Assembly (NCBI RefSeq): GCF_006345805.1
Contig: NC_043003.1
Location: forward strand, 96,906,001-96,970,000
Source: Octopus sinensis
Taxonomy: Eukaryota
DNA: 64,000 nt
Direction of reading: 5' to 3'
The notes under the pieces were generated by a model. That model had not been told where the DNA came from. It did no database searches and saw only the letters and a program-made list of their open reading frames with translations. Numbering within the stretch: the stretch's first letter is position 1; each line of letters opens with the position of its first letter. A program made the translations under genes and the position numbers. Below, one piece after another: positions 26,952 through 40,545 of this stretch.

Positions 26952-28419
26952 TGTCAGTGGGTTAGCCTGCCGAAATTCCGAAGTTACTGTCAACAACATT
27001 CCTGTTTAAGAATAATAAATTTGTATTCTACAAAACTATGGAGTAACCCATCAGATTAATGCAAGATTTTTATGAGCATAAGACCAAATATTTGTATGTT
27101 TGTGTGTAAGTGTATGTGTGTAAGTGTCTGTGTGAGTGAATGTGTGTGTATCTGTCTGTATCTATCTACACACACAAATTTATATATATTTCACGTTGCT
27201 GGCTTTTTATTTATCTTTATTATTTTTATTTTTATTTGAAAACCCACATTTCTTGTGAATGTTGATACATTCGTTTGCGAATATCATTTCTGAAATATGT
27301 CCTGGATATATGGTGGAACCTGTTTAAATTGAATGTAGTGACCCTGTGCTGTGATTGAAAATATGTTCTAGGATGATGGCTACGCAACTTTCACGTCTGA
27401 TGTTAAACTTTGTAGTTCCATAAAAGTGTTTTTCTTTGTTTTCAAGTCGTAAATGTAATATTGTAGTATAAATATCTTTCAGTGAGTCATATATAGGAGG
27501 TTTAGGTTTTTTTCATGTATAAAACTCTTTAATCTGCTTTGTGAGAAGGTGTGATGTTTTGAAATGATTTATTGACAAATCTCCATTGTTTTATTGTTTT
27601 TTTTATTACTTCTGAAGTATCGTATGTCTTCGTGGTTCTATTTTATGTTGTTTTTTATGTCTGTGTCTAAAAATATTGTAGCTTTTTAAGAACTTTAGTG
27701 CTTGTTAACTGCAATAACATTGCGTCTGTAATATTCTGATATCTGATATCTATAACAACATAGATCGTTCGACCAGCATTCAAGCTGTGACCATCTCGTC
27801 ATTTTTGTGGCATATATTTAGGATTACCTTATCCAGTATAATCAGTCATTTAAAAACGGCAAGGTAAAATTTGAAAAAAGATTTGGCAGGCTGAGCGATC
27901 ACATGGAGACTTCTTTATTGATATCGATATCACTCCTCCGTAATGTTCACCGTCATTTTCTATATCGTCTGTATCACGAATAGCAACCTTTTCACGCCTG
28001 CTAAATCATTTATTAATATTGTCATTGTTATTCGCAAGAGAATTCTGAGAAGTCACAATCTTTTCAATATTATATATTACTACAGCTATTTCGTACTGTG
28101 TCAAAATTAATTAAGTGTTTTACAATATAAACGTGGACTCTTACTCTTGATTCTCGTATGGTATCATGATTTTCGCACGCTATCATTGTCTGTTCGTTGT
28201 ATATCTGTCCAACTGAATTTTCTACCTCTATTTTCGACATTTCATTTTTGTGCGTGATCAATCTATGTGTATTTCTAAATTTGTTCTAGTCTGAAAGTTT
28301 CTAATATTCTAAATTTGTGTCATAAATAATAATTCTATAATGATGTAGAGAGAGGTTATTTACTATAAATCTAATTTAGTCATGACCTTGTGCTTCTAAA
28401 TGCTCTGCTTTTATCCCTC

Positions 28420-28509
28420 CTCTTTCTTCTTCTTCTTCTTCTTCTTCTTCTTCTTCTTCTTCTTCTTCTTCTTCTTCTTCTTCTTCTTCTTCTTCTTCTT
28501 CTTCTTCTT

Positions 28510-28578
<69 letters not shown>

Positions 28579-28622
28579 GTTGTTGTTGTTGTTGTTGTCG
28601 TCGTCGTTATTGTTGTTGTTGT
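28420..28622. repeat. compound (CTT)n(ATT)n(GTT)n microsatellite
   Basis: Read directly from the sequence. Confidence 0.95.
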
Positions 28623-28861
28623 TTAGAGCCGTCACTTGGCAAGCCACTCTTGGCTTCGCACCGTGGTTTTTGTAAGGAAGAGCGCATATTACGTGTGTTT
28701 ACACCATTGGAATAAATACTATCGTAGACAAGTTCCTGTTTTGTCCCTCGGTTTGGGGGGACGGGTCAGCTGAATTAATTTTCAACAAAAAATTGTTTTC
28801 GTTTTTCCCATCAACATGGAGAAAAGTAAACTGAATGTAGTGACACACATATGTGTGTATA

Positions 28862-28901
<40 letters not shown>

Positions 28902-28989
28902 GGAGGAAGTGAGGAGCGTCACCATATTGGGCTGCTGCCGTTCTTTAAGATATTGGCCTGGTAGCTTCTTGTAGGTAGGCATTGGTCCT

Positions 28990-31230
28990 GGGCAACTATG
29001 ATAACCTATGTCTCTGTTTTTAAGCCAGAAGAGAGCAACTATTGATGTGTAAGAGTTTTGTCAACATCAGCATTATCAGCTCTCTTTCAGTATTTGCCAT
29101 TGAGAGGTTTTTCTTGCGATTTATTCCTGAGAATAGTTAGGGCAGTAGCTTTATCAAGGGTTTTCATATGTTTGGTTTTCTTCTGTGCTAGTTTCCAGAA
29201 CATCTGTTATTGAGGAAGCGATTTTCTTGTTTTCATGCTTTAAGACACGTTTTAGCATCCAGTCATCCGAATTTTTCAGATAAGTGTTTAGGCCAATTGT
29301 GGCAATATTCATTGTCAATTCAAGATGTAAGAATCCACGACCGCCCCCTTTTCATGGCAAGTAAATTCGTTCTACAACTGCCTTAGGGTGGTGCATTCTG
29401 TTCACTGTCGACAGTTTTTGAATTTTTCGGTCATGCTGGCATATTTCAGTATTTGAGCAGTTAACAACATTGAAACTGTAAGTTACGACCGGTATTTCTA
29501 AAGTATTAATTGCTTTGATCTTGTTTCTTGCTTTTATCTCTGTCTTGAGTATTGCCCTTATCCTGCGATGACATTCTTTTCTGATCTTTTCCCTCATCAT
29601 TGAATATTTAATTCGATCTCCCCCATATACCCCTAAGTATCTGTAACCTTCTTCTGGTTCTAACTCCTTTATACCATTCTCTTGGACAAGTTTAACGTTG
29701 GATGTTTCTGTCATTTTCCTTCTGGTAAAGATAGCTTTTGCATATTTATCTAGGCCAAATTCCATCCTTATGTCTTCACTGAACTGTTTTACAAATGCTA
29801 GTAAACTCTGTATATGCTGGTCATCTTTTCATAAAGATTTAAAGCATCCATGTAAAATAGGTGATTTATAGATTTGTCAAAACTTTTTATAGCTACACAG
29901 AGCAATTTGGAAAGAAGTATTAAGGCTTGACAAAAAAGGAGTGGTGATAGAGAGTCACCCTAGGAAATACCACATTAAATTCTTACATCCCCAGCATTCA
30001 ACAATTCATTCTCACTATTCAGAGTCTGTAATTTTCCATGATTTCATACTTACAGACAAGGAGTTTCGCAAAGTAGGAGCTATTTTATAAATTTCCTGAC
30101 ATTTCTTTACCCAGCTACGTGATCGACTATCAAAAGCTTTTTTATAATCTATCCAGGCTATTGACAAGTTCTTGTGCTGTTTGTGATAATCTTCCAAAAT
30201 CATCTTATTAATGAGACGCAGCCATAGGACCTACGTTTACATCTTTTTAAGTTATAGTTATTCGGTCAAGACAGATATTAATATATTGTACATTGTTAGG
30301 GTCTATAATTAGGGTTAATATCTTGTACAGGTTATGGGTTTACAATTTTTTTGTTCATTTATTTCCTCATCTTTTGAAATAGAAATGTAACATCATTAAC
30401 TAGCCAAGAGGGCATCATATTATCTGCGGCAAAACATTGTTGTAAGGTCTAGTCAGTGACTTTCTGAAAAACCATTCAACCAGAAGCTAGGAATTTTATC
30501 CTTTCCTGGAGACTTCCATTTTCTGAGAGTAGATTTTACATCTTCTACTTTGATACCCTCCCATTTTTGCTTTTCCGTGGAAGCTGAATCAGTAGATATT
30601 CTATCAATTCAAGGGGCTTTTTTACTGTGCGATTATTCTTCTGCCCAAATTTTACTCCAGAATCCCTGCACTTCTTTTGAGGAGCCATATTTTACTGTAA
30701 CTGATATTTTATCTATCTTCCTGTAAAAATTATCCTAGATTATTTTTAAACATGCTGTTGTCCTTGCGGGCAACTTTAGCAGATACCTTTTACTTGATGG
30801 TTTCTACAGTGACATTGGTGTCAAGAATGGATTTCATATTATACTATTTCTTTAATTCTCATATTTTTGTTGGTTTGAAGCTCTCATCAGACTTAAGGTT
30901 TTTTAAAAAATTCTATGTCAGAACTAAGTGAATTCGTTGTTGAACTCGCTCTTGCTAAACAGACATTTTGTGGGAATGTCTTCGTTTTCTAATTTTTTCA
31001 CCACATAGAGTCGTTAAGATCTTAGTAGGTGATTGATATCTGTAATATCAACATCATTAACTGAAATTATTTCTTTAAGGGTAAGGCAAATTTTACCAAT
31101 TACTTTCAGGTTTTGGTTAGAGTTGCGAATTTTGGGGAGTGTGTCACGTTCATCTATACTGGTTTCCTAAATTTACAGCCATTAAATCATGATTTGATTT
31201 TTTAGATTATTTAGTCCAGTTGGGTCAATT
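28990..31230 (-). mobile_element. degenerate R4/Dong-type LINE, RT region
   Basis: KSPGKDKI..FW, AWIDYKKAFDS, GDSLSPLLF, MEFGLDK.AK, YRYLGV and NKIKAINT.IPVVTYSF, with frameshifts and stops. Confidence 0.85.
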
Positions 31231-31777
31231 TCTGTATGTATACACACACACACACTACACACACTTTATGCATTAATTCTTCAAGCAATTCGCTTGAGAA
31301 TGCTGGCAATCGTCTCCACTTTCGGATGTGAATACACGATGTTACGCCATACTATGAGGGACCTCAAAATAAATACACAGACCAGTTGAGCGGAGGAAGC
31401 AGGCGTGTAATCGACAAGCACATTCTACAAAATTTTAGTCTTTGCGCCATTTGTTGAAAGAGTTACTATCATTATTATAATCTTTATTAAACACATGAGG
31501 TAAAATCACGATCGATCTTAGCTCTGTCAAATTAAAGAAATCATCTTCATTTACACCTGAACAGGAACGTTGCTTTTGTTGATATTTATTATGAAGTCTA
31601 CAGAGAACTAATCTGATTCTTTCTGGCAAGTTTTTATTTATTTATTTATTTAGTTAGTTAGTTATTTATTTATTTCATTCTGTCTGATTTCCACCTTCGC
31701 GGAAGGATTGTTTTGATTTAAAAGTTTTGTCGAAGAGCTATCATTTTATTTTGTGAAAGACAAACATTGGCTCTGGA

Positions 31778-31845
<68 letters not shown>

Positions 31846-32152
31846 TGATGATGATGATAATTTTTGTGAGATAGAATCGTGTGAAAGAGAGGGAGAGTGG
31901 GCGATTCAAAAGTTGAAAGTGAAAACAATGGAGTTAAATGTTTTGGCGTGTCGTCTTCGACTTTGATGAAAGACGCCAACGTTATCAGCAAAATAAAAAG
32001 ACATACCTCGATACCTCATAGCCAGAAAACAACAACAGCGGCAACAAATACGACGACAGAAGCATCTACAGTAGCCGCAGCAAGGATAATGAGAATAGAA
32101 AAAGAAACAAGAAAAATAATGTAAGTAGTGACTGCACTACTGCCACCGCAAT

Positions 32153-32378
32153 TAACCCTTTTGTTACCAACCTGTCTCAGACTGTTCTTGGCTCTTTGTT
32201 GCAAACTTCTTTTTCAGTGATCTAAATTAAAATCTTCTATCAAAATTTCCTGTTAATTTATGTTCCGAATACTAGCTTAATAACGACAAAGTTATTTTAT
32301 AAAATTCTTCATTGTTTTAAAAATAAATGGAAACAAATGTAGTGCATTTAAACACAAATATAGTAACGAAAGGCAATA
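32153..32378. mobile_element. piggyBac-type MITE (second family)
   Basis: TTAA-CCCTTTTGTTACC at the left end and AGTAACGAAAGG at the right end. Confidence 0.55.
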
Positions 32379-32437
32379 AGAAATATCTCATCGGATCGAC
32401 GGTCCAAATACAGCTAGGCTGCCAACATTTCTGAAAT

Positions 32438-32915
32438 AAGGCGGCGAGGTGGTTTCGGGGTCGATAAATTAAGTACCAGTTATGCACTGGGGTCGATATA
32501 ATCGACTTAATCCGTTCGTCTGTCCTTGTTTGTCCTCTCTGTGTTTAGCCCCTTGTGGGTAGTAAAGAAATAGGTATTTCGTCTGCCGCTACGTTCTGAG
32601 TTCAAATTCCGCCGAGGTCGACTTTGCCTTTCATACTTTCGGGGTCGATTAAATAAGTACCAGTTACGCAATGGGGTCGATATAATCGACTTAATCCGTT
32701 TGTCTGTCCTTGTTTGTCCCCTCTGTGTTTAGCCCCTTGTGGGTAGTAAAGAAATAGGTATTTCGTCTGTCTTTATGTTCTGAGTTCGAATTCAGCCAAG
32801 GTCGACTTTGATTCTCATCGCTTTCGATAAAATAAATACTAGTTGAGCACTAAGGTCAATGTAATCGACTTACCTCCACCCCCGAAATTATCGGTCTTGT
32901 GCCAAAACTTGAATC
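32438..32915 (+). mobile_element. head-to-tail array of Meta-like SINE units
   Basis: A ~183-nt unit repeated about 2.5 times, with junction AAAGAAATAGG|TATTTCGTCTG. Confidence 0.85.
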
Positions 32916-33481
32916 TACTATTTCTGAAATAACAACGGAGAGGTAAGCTTTCAGAGATATCAAAGGCCCAGTGAAAACAGAAAGCAAAAAAGACTTTTTA
33001 TAATTCTCAGCAGATCTACTGGAGCATGTAGAGAATTGCAGTTTTATGTACGGGTGCATAAAAAAATGGTGCGTTGAAGAAACCGACACAAGTACAGCGA
33101 GAGAGGTGTCTAAGAGAAACGGAAGAACTCGCCATTCGCGATGGACATTTCAGTACGATGAACTCAAGATAGGAAAACGAAAACGAGGTGATTAATTACT
33201 GTACTGTCCCTTTGACAAATTAGGATTCTCTGCTGATATCTTCTTCTTACACAGGGAAAAGGTCTGAAAGAGGTAGGGATGAACATGATCATCAGTATCA
33301 TTATCATAGTCGTCGTCACTGTCATAATCATCATCTACTACAACAACCACAACAATGATGCCGACGATGGTGATCATAATAACAGCATAGCGGCTGAACT
33401 ACTAGAACAAGAACAGAAACAAGAGACACAATATCAATAACTCAAGAAACAACTGTAGCAGTAGTAGCAACAACAGCAGCA

Positions 33482-33940
33482 GTGGAGGCGCAATGGCCCA
33501 GCGGTTAGGGTAGCGGACACGCGGTCGGAGGATCGCGGTTTCGATTCCCAGACCGGGTGTTGTGTGTGTTTATTGAGCGAAAACAGACCGGGCGTTGTGA
33601 GTGATGGTGATCACAATAACAGCATAGCGGCTGAACTACTAGAACAAGAACAGAAACAAGAGACACAATATCAATAACTCAAGAAACAACTCCGGCAGAG
33701 GGTGGTGGCGACCCCTGTTGTACTCTTTCGCTCCAACTTTCTCTCACTCTTTCTTCCTGTTTCTTGTACCCGACTCCCTACGCACCCGCTGAGCCTGGAT
33801 GCGCATTCATCCATCCGTCGATGCTCTCGGTGTCGGAGGTTGACCTGCTTTCTCTTCTACTGGTTTTACGAATAGCAAAGGACCACGTTTCGGACTTCTC
33901 CCATCTAGCGAGCTCTGGGACGAAGACCGTTCGCTCAACA
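33482..33940 (+). mobile_element. tRNA-derived SINE (tail type C) with internal rearrangement
   Basis: Head GTGGAGGCGCAATGGCCCAG..GGTTTCGATTCCC is shared with 50606; the tail is distinct and ends in (CAA/CAG)n. Confidence 0.8.
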
Positions 33941-34079
33941 GCAACAGCAACAGCAGCAGCAACAGGATCATCTTCGTCACCATTATCGTCGTCGTCATCA
34001 TCATCATCATCATCGTCGTCGTCATCATCATCATCATCGTCGTCGTCGTCATCATCATCGTCGTCGTCGTCATCCCCAT

Positions 34080-34127
<48 letters not shown>

Positions 34128-34269
34128 CACACTTCCACTGTTAATAGAAAGGAGAACAACAAAACAAATCAACGAATTTAAATGATTAGATAGGTTGAAG
34201 TTTTTAATAGCCGACGAGCGACTCCTAGCTAGAAGCATAACGGAGGTTAATTCTGGCTTAATTAATTGC

Positions 34270-34890
34270 GTATTCAGTGTATCACATGTAATTCAAAGCA
34301 CATATTTCTTTGACGTCCATGCATCATCTGCACATTCCTAATGGGTTTTTTATCCGCAAGAGTAAGTTGGAACTTAAGAAAGGGAAGTTTTATATTATTC
34401 AGAATGTAAGAAACAAGGGCCAAGTAAAACTCTGGAAACAAACATGGATGCTTAGAACAAAATTATGAAAATTGCGGTTGTTTAGATGGTTGTTTAGATG
34501 GCAGTGGTTTTTATTGTTGTGGTTGTGGTAGTAGAAGTGGAGGTGATGACGACCCTTATTAACACTTTACCTAAATTGTGTATCACGTGATAAATATGGA
34601 CGCCAGGAAATATGTCCTGCTGTAGTGGCGGTAATGGTTATGGTACTTGATAACATTACCTGTCCTGTGTATCAATCACATCTGAGACACGTGATATATT
34701 TTCCTTGCATCTATGCATCATATATATTACACGTTCCCTTTTTACAGTAACCAGTGTAACTTAGGAATTATGAAAGGAAAGTTTTATATTGCAAAGAACG
34801 CATGAAACAAGGCCTAGATAAAAGTATGAAAGCACGTATGTGGGTTTAGGACAACCGAATGAAAATACTTTGGACGGGCAAAGGGTCAAG
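34270..34890. mobile_element. cluster of piggyBac-type MITE copies
   Basis: 34655-34889 is the reverse complement of 15979-16198; further partial copies at ~34270-34470 and ~34560-34620. Confidence 0.6.
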
Positions 34891-35037
34891 GCATTGGTCT
34901 TTCGCATGAACTAAAGACACTGAAAAATTATCCTGGATGAACTGGAAAAAGCTTTCAAGAGATTCCGAACAAGAATTAACTCTAGAGCAAAGTAAGTGAT
35001 CCTTTCCGTCATTCTTCTCCTTAAGCTAACATGGCAT

Positions 35038-35392
35038 GAAGAAGAAGAAGAAGAAGAAGAAGTAGAAGAAGAAGAAGAAGAAGGAGGAGAAGGAGGAGGA
35101 GAAGGATAAGGAGGAGAAGAAGAAGAAGAAGAAGAAGAAGAAGAAGAAGAAGAAGAAGACGAAGATGAAGAAGAAGGAGGAGAAGGATAAGGAGAGAAGA
35201 AGAAGAAGAAGAAGAAGAAGAAGAAGAAGGAGAAGGAGAGGGAGAAGGAGGAGAAGAAGAAGAAGAAGAAGAAGAAGAAGGAGAAGAAGAAGGAGGAGAA
35301 GGAGGAGGAGAAGAAAAAGAAGAGGAAAGAGGAGGAGGAGAAGAAGAAGAAGAAGAAGAAGAAGGAAAAGGAGGAGGAGGAAGAGGAGAAGA
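35038..35392. repeat. (GAA)/(GGA) purine-rich microsatellite
   Basis: Read directly from the sequence. Confidence 0.95.
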
Positions 35393-37168
35393 ATGACTGG
35401 TGGTGGAGGTTTTTTTTACAAAGTTTCTATTTTCGTTTTGGCTTCCTCGTTATTTTTGTTTTAGTTGTTATAGCATTTCTTGTTATACGAACATCATGCA
35501 CTCGATTGATTTTAGCATTTTTTCTTGGTTTATATTTTCGGTCTTTCCTTGAGTTTACCTTAACAAGAGAATACACACTTAAAACTGAATTGAATGCTAC
35601 AATTTAGGTGCTAGCACAGTAATACGCCAGTTCCAGCCTTCAATCCTCAGAAGAGATTGGTAAAAAGCCGAACTTGCAATCTTCAGTTCGGTTTTCGTTC
35701 CTATCATCACGTATGATCTTAAATGTTGCATATGAGTCCGATCATGTATGCAAGTAGCCGAAATGGGTTTCCTCTGAAGCATGTCTGGAGAAATGCTACT
35801 CGACAAATGAGAACCTCGGAGAGCAGGGCGTCTCTCCATGTCGAGTCATTTTTTTCTCTGCATTGATAGATCATATGTTGCAGGAACGAGTCGCAAGAGG
35901 GGTACTTTAAGCCGAACCCACCGGCAAGAGATGTAAAGGTACATCCCGAGCGAGATGGTTGGTTAACATCCCTTGTCTCAGTTGGCCACGCTATGGAATC
36001 CAGTTGAAAAATGTAATGATACTTGCTTCCGATAGGACCCTGTGGAGGAGGTGTCTGAGAACTCTACCCCTACTATCCTCCTAAGAATAGGTGGCGGAGA
36101 AGATGGTTGGATATTTAAAACTTTCATTTTAATGATGATCATCATCATCATTGTTCGACCGTGGTCGAGACAATGAAATTTACTGTGTTACGCCAGACTT
36201 CAGGGTTCATCATAGCATTACGGATGTCCTGTTGCTGGATGCCTGTATCCCTGGAGATTACATCAGGGTAGGAGAGTGTGTAGTAGCGACGCGCGCACAC
36301 ATTATTAGCCATTTGAAAAGACTATGGAATTTACAATTAATGATCATAATGTATAGGATATTCTAAATTTGGAAGTAATGTTCCATCCATATAGACACAC
36401 ACGCCCCAGTTGAAACAGGATACTGCTTCTACACCCTTTTCATGTTATAGCTTACACTTTTACTTCATTCGTTCCAAACCATAACTATATTTTTGTTACT
36501 TCACTACTTTTACGTCTTCTAATAATTTCCAATTCATGGTCCGCAGATAACACACATCATATATATATTGACGTATACGTGTGCATATATGTGCGTGTGT
36601 ATATGTATAGCTGTATGTATGTGTATGTCTGTGCGTTACATATACACACACAGGTTTTCATAGCTAAAAATGTACTTCAATGTCGGATTCATTGATCTCA
36701 ACAGTGAATTCACTAAGCTCTTATAATTCATATTAAGCTGATGTTGTCAAAAGAGATTGATTCATTAGTCCGACCGTATTGATTACCATCAATAATACCT
36801 AATTTGTTCACTTTTACCGCCACTTTATCAACAGATATTCTTCTACTTTACCTGCTATGTCGTGTCTTTATTCTCGGCATCTCCATCATACCGACGTTTT
36901 ACATAATTAACAAAAAGACACTTAAGCTTAGATGCACACTCACGCACACACACACAGGCCCCCACACACACACAAATATATATATATATACATAAATGTC
37001 AGGTCCTTATTTTCTTGTTATTGTAACTAAAGTATGATGATAATAAAAATATGTTCCGATAGAGAGGAATCTGTTCTGAGAATAATCAAATTTATTTTAC
37101 TATTTGTGTCGGCAGGGACTTTGAATTCGCCCGACGGCTTATTTAACCAATTAAGTTGAATAAACTGC

Positions 37169-37217
<49 letters not shown>

Positions 37218-37365
37218 CACACACACGTATATATGTGTATATATATATGTATATATATATATATATAGATGAGTGTATTTTACCTTGTTAAGTATCAGTG
37301 GAATTTTTGAAACATATGTAGAAAGTAAAAATACTTGTTTAAACGTGCGTTAACTCCATTTTTTA

Positions 37366-37412
<47 letters not shown>

Positions 37413-37464
37413 TATATGCATATATAAATATATGCATATTTATATATGTATGTGCGTGTGTGCC

Positions 37465-37502
<38 letters not shown>

Positions 37503-37534
37503 TGCATATTTATATATGTATGTGCGTGTGTGCC

Positions 37535-37570
<36 letters not shown>

Positions 37571-37719
37571 TATAATTATTAGGGAATATTACTTTCGAGT
37601 ACACAGGAAAAAGACATTCAAATTAGATGTACTAAAATGAACAATGTTTATTTCGTATATATAAAAGTAGTTTTAGAGACAGAAATACCAACGGAAAATA
37701 CGGGATTCAGAATAGATAT

Positions 37720-39223
37720 AGTTAGTATAAGATATAATTTTTAACATTTTATGGAGTGAGGACGTGGAACAAGTATAGAGTTATTGTGTTATTCGAAAAT
37801 TTAGTCATCAGTGTCAACAACCATATCCAATTTACTATGAAATATAGTCAAAACCTACTTCCATTTCTAGACATTCTTATTATAAAAAAGGCACCAAAAT
37901 TTAAACTAATATCCACTACAAACCAAATGATTCCAAACAATACCTCCTGTCAACCTCTACTCACCCAAAGTATACGAAGACAAACATCCCCTTCAATCTA
38001 GCGAGAAGAATCTGTACATTGTCTCAAATTAAAGAACGCGAAATAAAAGACTCCAAGAACTAAAGGCAATTTTTCTCGAAAGGCAGTACCCAGCATCATT
38101 AGTTGACAATGGAATAGAACGGGCCAAGACAATCGATATCCAAGACTTGTGAAAACCGAAACACACTCAAGGTCCATTACACAGCCTTCCATATCTCTCA
38201 ACACACAATCCAAGAAATACAGAAGCTTACATGATTATATACAAGAACACCCCACTTCTGAGTGAAGACCCACGTCAAAAAAGTACTCGAAAGCCTTAAA
38301 ATAATAAAAAGCAAGAGACAACCGAAATCCGTAAAAAACTTACTCACCAATGCAAAATTACCCAACACTCACCGTCAACAAATTGGGTCGATCTAACTGC
38401 AGGACTCGCATCCTCCTCATTCAAGGAACACTATACAAATTCCAGTCAGGACTCACTTGTAAAACAAAACTTCACCTGTGCATCAAAAAATCTACTTTAT
38501 GCCATTAGGCGTGAAGGGTTTCACAAAGACTACAGAGTGCAGACTAGTCTTACCCTCAGAGATAGGATGACAGTCCACCGCCAACAATTGAGGGACCCCA
38601 TCACAAGACAGATACCACTTAGTGGCCACTTAGATCTCTGTGCACAAAACAAGTCCCTAGTTTTCCCACTGTACCAATGCCCAGACAACACCACTGACCA
38701 AATACGAATGAGGAAAATATACTTATTCAAAAATACAGACCACAACCCAACATACTCTAACATACCCCCAGGTACGCATCCACAACAAACACACTCAGGA
38801 ACATACACAGATGTACAAACACACACACAAATACAATGCAAACCTCCCACACAAACATACACACATACATATTCACACACGCGCAAACACAATATCCTTA
38901 CGCTCGAGCACAAACCCACACACATTCCAAGAAAAAAACACATACGTATATACACATGCAATACGACTCTAGTAATCACAACCAACACTCACATACACAC
39001 GCACACACACTGACACACATACACACACACGTACAAACACATTCACACACATGCGCACACACAGTACATAGACAAATACAAATCACATACATACACACAC
39101 ACACACAAGTTCACACATATACACGCACCATCCTGCTAAATATAAAACACACATATACACAGACCCATGCATAGACCTCGCTGAACTCTAATACCTATCC
39201 CCCAAAAATCCCTCACACAAACA

Positions 39224-39268
<45 letters not shown>

Positions 39269-39269
39269 A

Positions 39270-39305
<36 letters not shown>

Positions 39306-39921
39306 AATAGAAACGTGCACACTATTTTGAACTCTAAGACCAGACCCAAAAACCAGTGAACCATGACAGACTAGCCCAGAAACAAAAAACTCCTTTTGAT
39401 TCCACAATGCTCTCCTCCACCAACCAACCTCCCACACTATTTCTAAAAATAGCAAACATTTCTCATACACACACTACAAGACAGGAGATGATGAATGGAA
39501 AGGTTGGTCATTCCTCTAAAATCCTGTATAAATACTTAAATATGATTCCTTCTGTATATATACTTCTATACAACCATGATATTTGATGAACTTAAAATAA
39601 TTATAAATTTATTTTACAACCCATTTTGAACACTTCCATGTAAACTATTTAAACAAAAAGCTCCTCTTAAACATTTTCCTATTATTGTCAAAAAATTCTA
39701 CTTTTTAACATTTTCTTATCATTTTCAAAGACTGTATAACTGTATTTTAATACAACTATGATAATCATTTTGTAAAACAAAGTTTATACAAAGCTTTACA
39801 TTTTACTTTTGATAATATTTTTTTTTTAAAGTGAAACCGGTTAAATCAATAAACATCTTTAAAAGACCTCTGCATTTTCAAACCCTCTTTCACTCGTGCA
39901 GTACCTTTCAAGTTTACTTTG

Positions 39922-39925
<4 letters not shown>
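37720..39925 (+). mobile_element. degenerate Penelope-like (Neptune-type) element
   Basis: IQFTMKYSQNLLPFLDILI (RT motif 7), HPKYTKTNIPFNLARRIC (thumb), NFTCASKNLLY..QTSLTLRDRMTVHRQQLRDP..PLSGHLD (GIY-YIG), then a low-complexity 3' region. Confidence 0.8.
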
Positions 39926-39966
<41 letters not shown>

Positions 39967-40001
39967 TATATATATTTATATGCCAATTGCCTCCCCTGGC
40001 T

Positions 40002-40109
40002 TCTTTGCCGATGAGATGGGCCAGTGGTAAATTGATTTAATTAAATTAAATTTAATTTAATTGAGCTGGTTTGCCAAAAAGTACGTCGAAACTATGCATA
40101 GTCCAAAGA
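40002..40109 (+). ncRNA. type-I hammerhead ribozyme motif (U4C core, GUC site, palindromic stem III)
   Basis: TCTTTG-CCGATGA-GATG..CGTC-GAAA-CTATGCATAG-TC-CAAAGA, in a ~265-nt island (39980-40245) between (TA)n tracts. Confidence 0.75.
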
Positions 40110-40313
40110 TGATAAGGGTAAATGTTTTTAACTTTCCTTTGATTTCTGAATTACTACTATTTAGCGGTTTGAGTATGGCTGCTCATTTTAGTGAGTTGAA
40201 TGGCCTGTTAAGGCCATTCCTTAATATTATTGTTGAATGTACATTATATATATATAAAGATGTACTATATATATATATATACATATATAAAGATGTATAT
40301 ATATAATTATATA

Positions 40314-40344
<31 letters not shown>

Positions 40345-40545
40345 AAGGAAGAACAACAAGATGTATTAAGCTTGATGCTCAGGAAAAATGGAAGAGTCTG
40401 TGATGTATTGCGCCTACGCGCCTCTACAGAAGGAAATGAAGAAAGAAAAAGGATGGAGAGAGAAAAAAGAAGAGAGAGAAAAAAGGAGATAAATATAAAT
40501 GCGACTGGATTAACGGTTGCGCATGTTGAACTGACCGGAAGGATA
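40345..40545 (-). mobile_element. degenerate solo pLTR of a Neptune-like PLE
   Basis: Resembles 55440-55600; has a decayed hammerhead CTGTAGAGGCGCGTAGGCGCAATAC. Confidence 0.5.

Noticed and set aside
32438-32915. CRISPR-like array
   Set aside because: The units are whole SINE copies without unique spacers, in eukaryotic context.
33880-33912. Minus-strand CTAGATGGGAGAAGTCCGAAACG in SINE tail C
   Set aside because: The core box is imperfect and there is no stem I pairing.
34915-34997. Possible exon ending at GTAAGT (similar donor-like sites at 32943 and 43193)
   Set aside because: No convincing acceptor and no recognisable peptide.
37268-37325. GATGA..GAAACATATGTA hammerhead remnant
   Set aside because: The 5' core and stem I are lost to the (TA)n tract, so it cannot be supported as a ribozyme.
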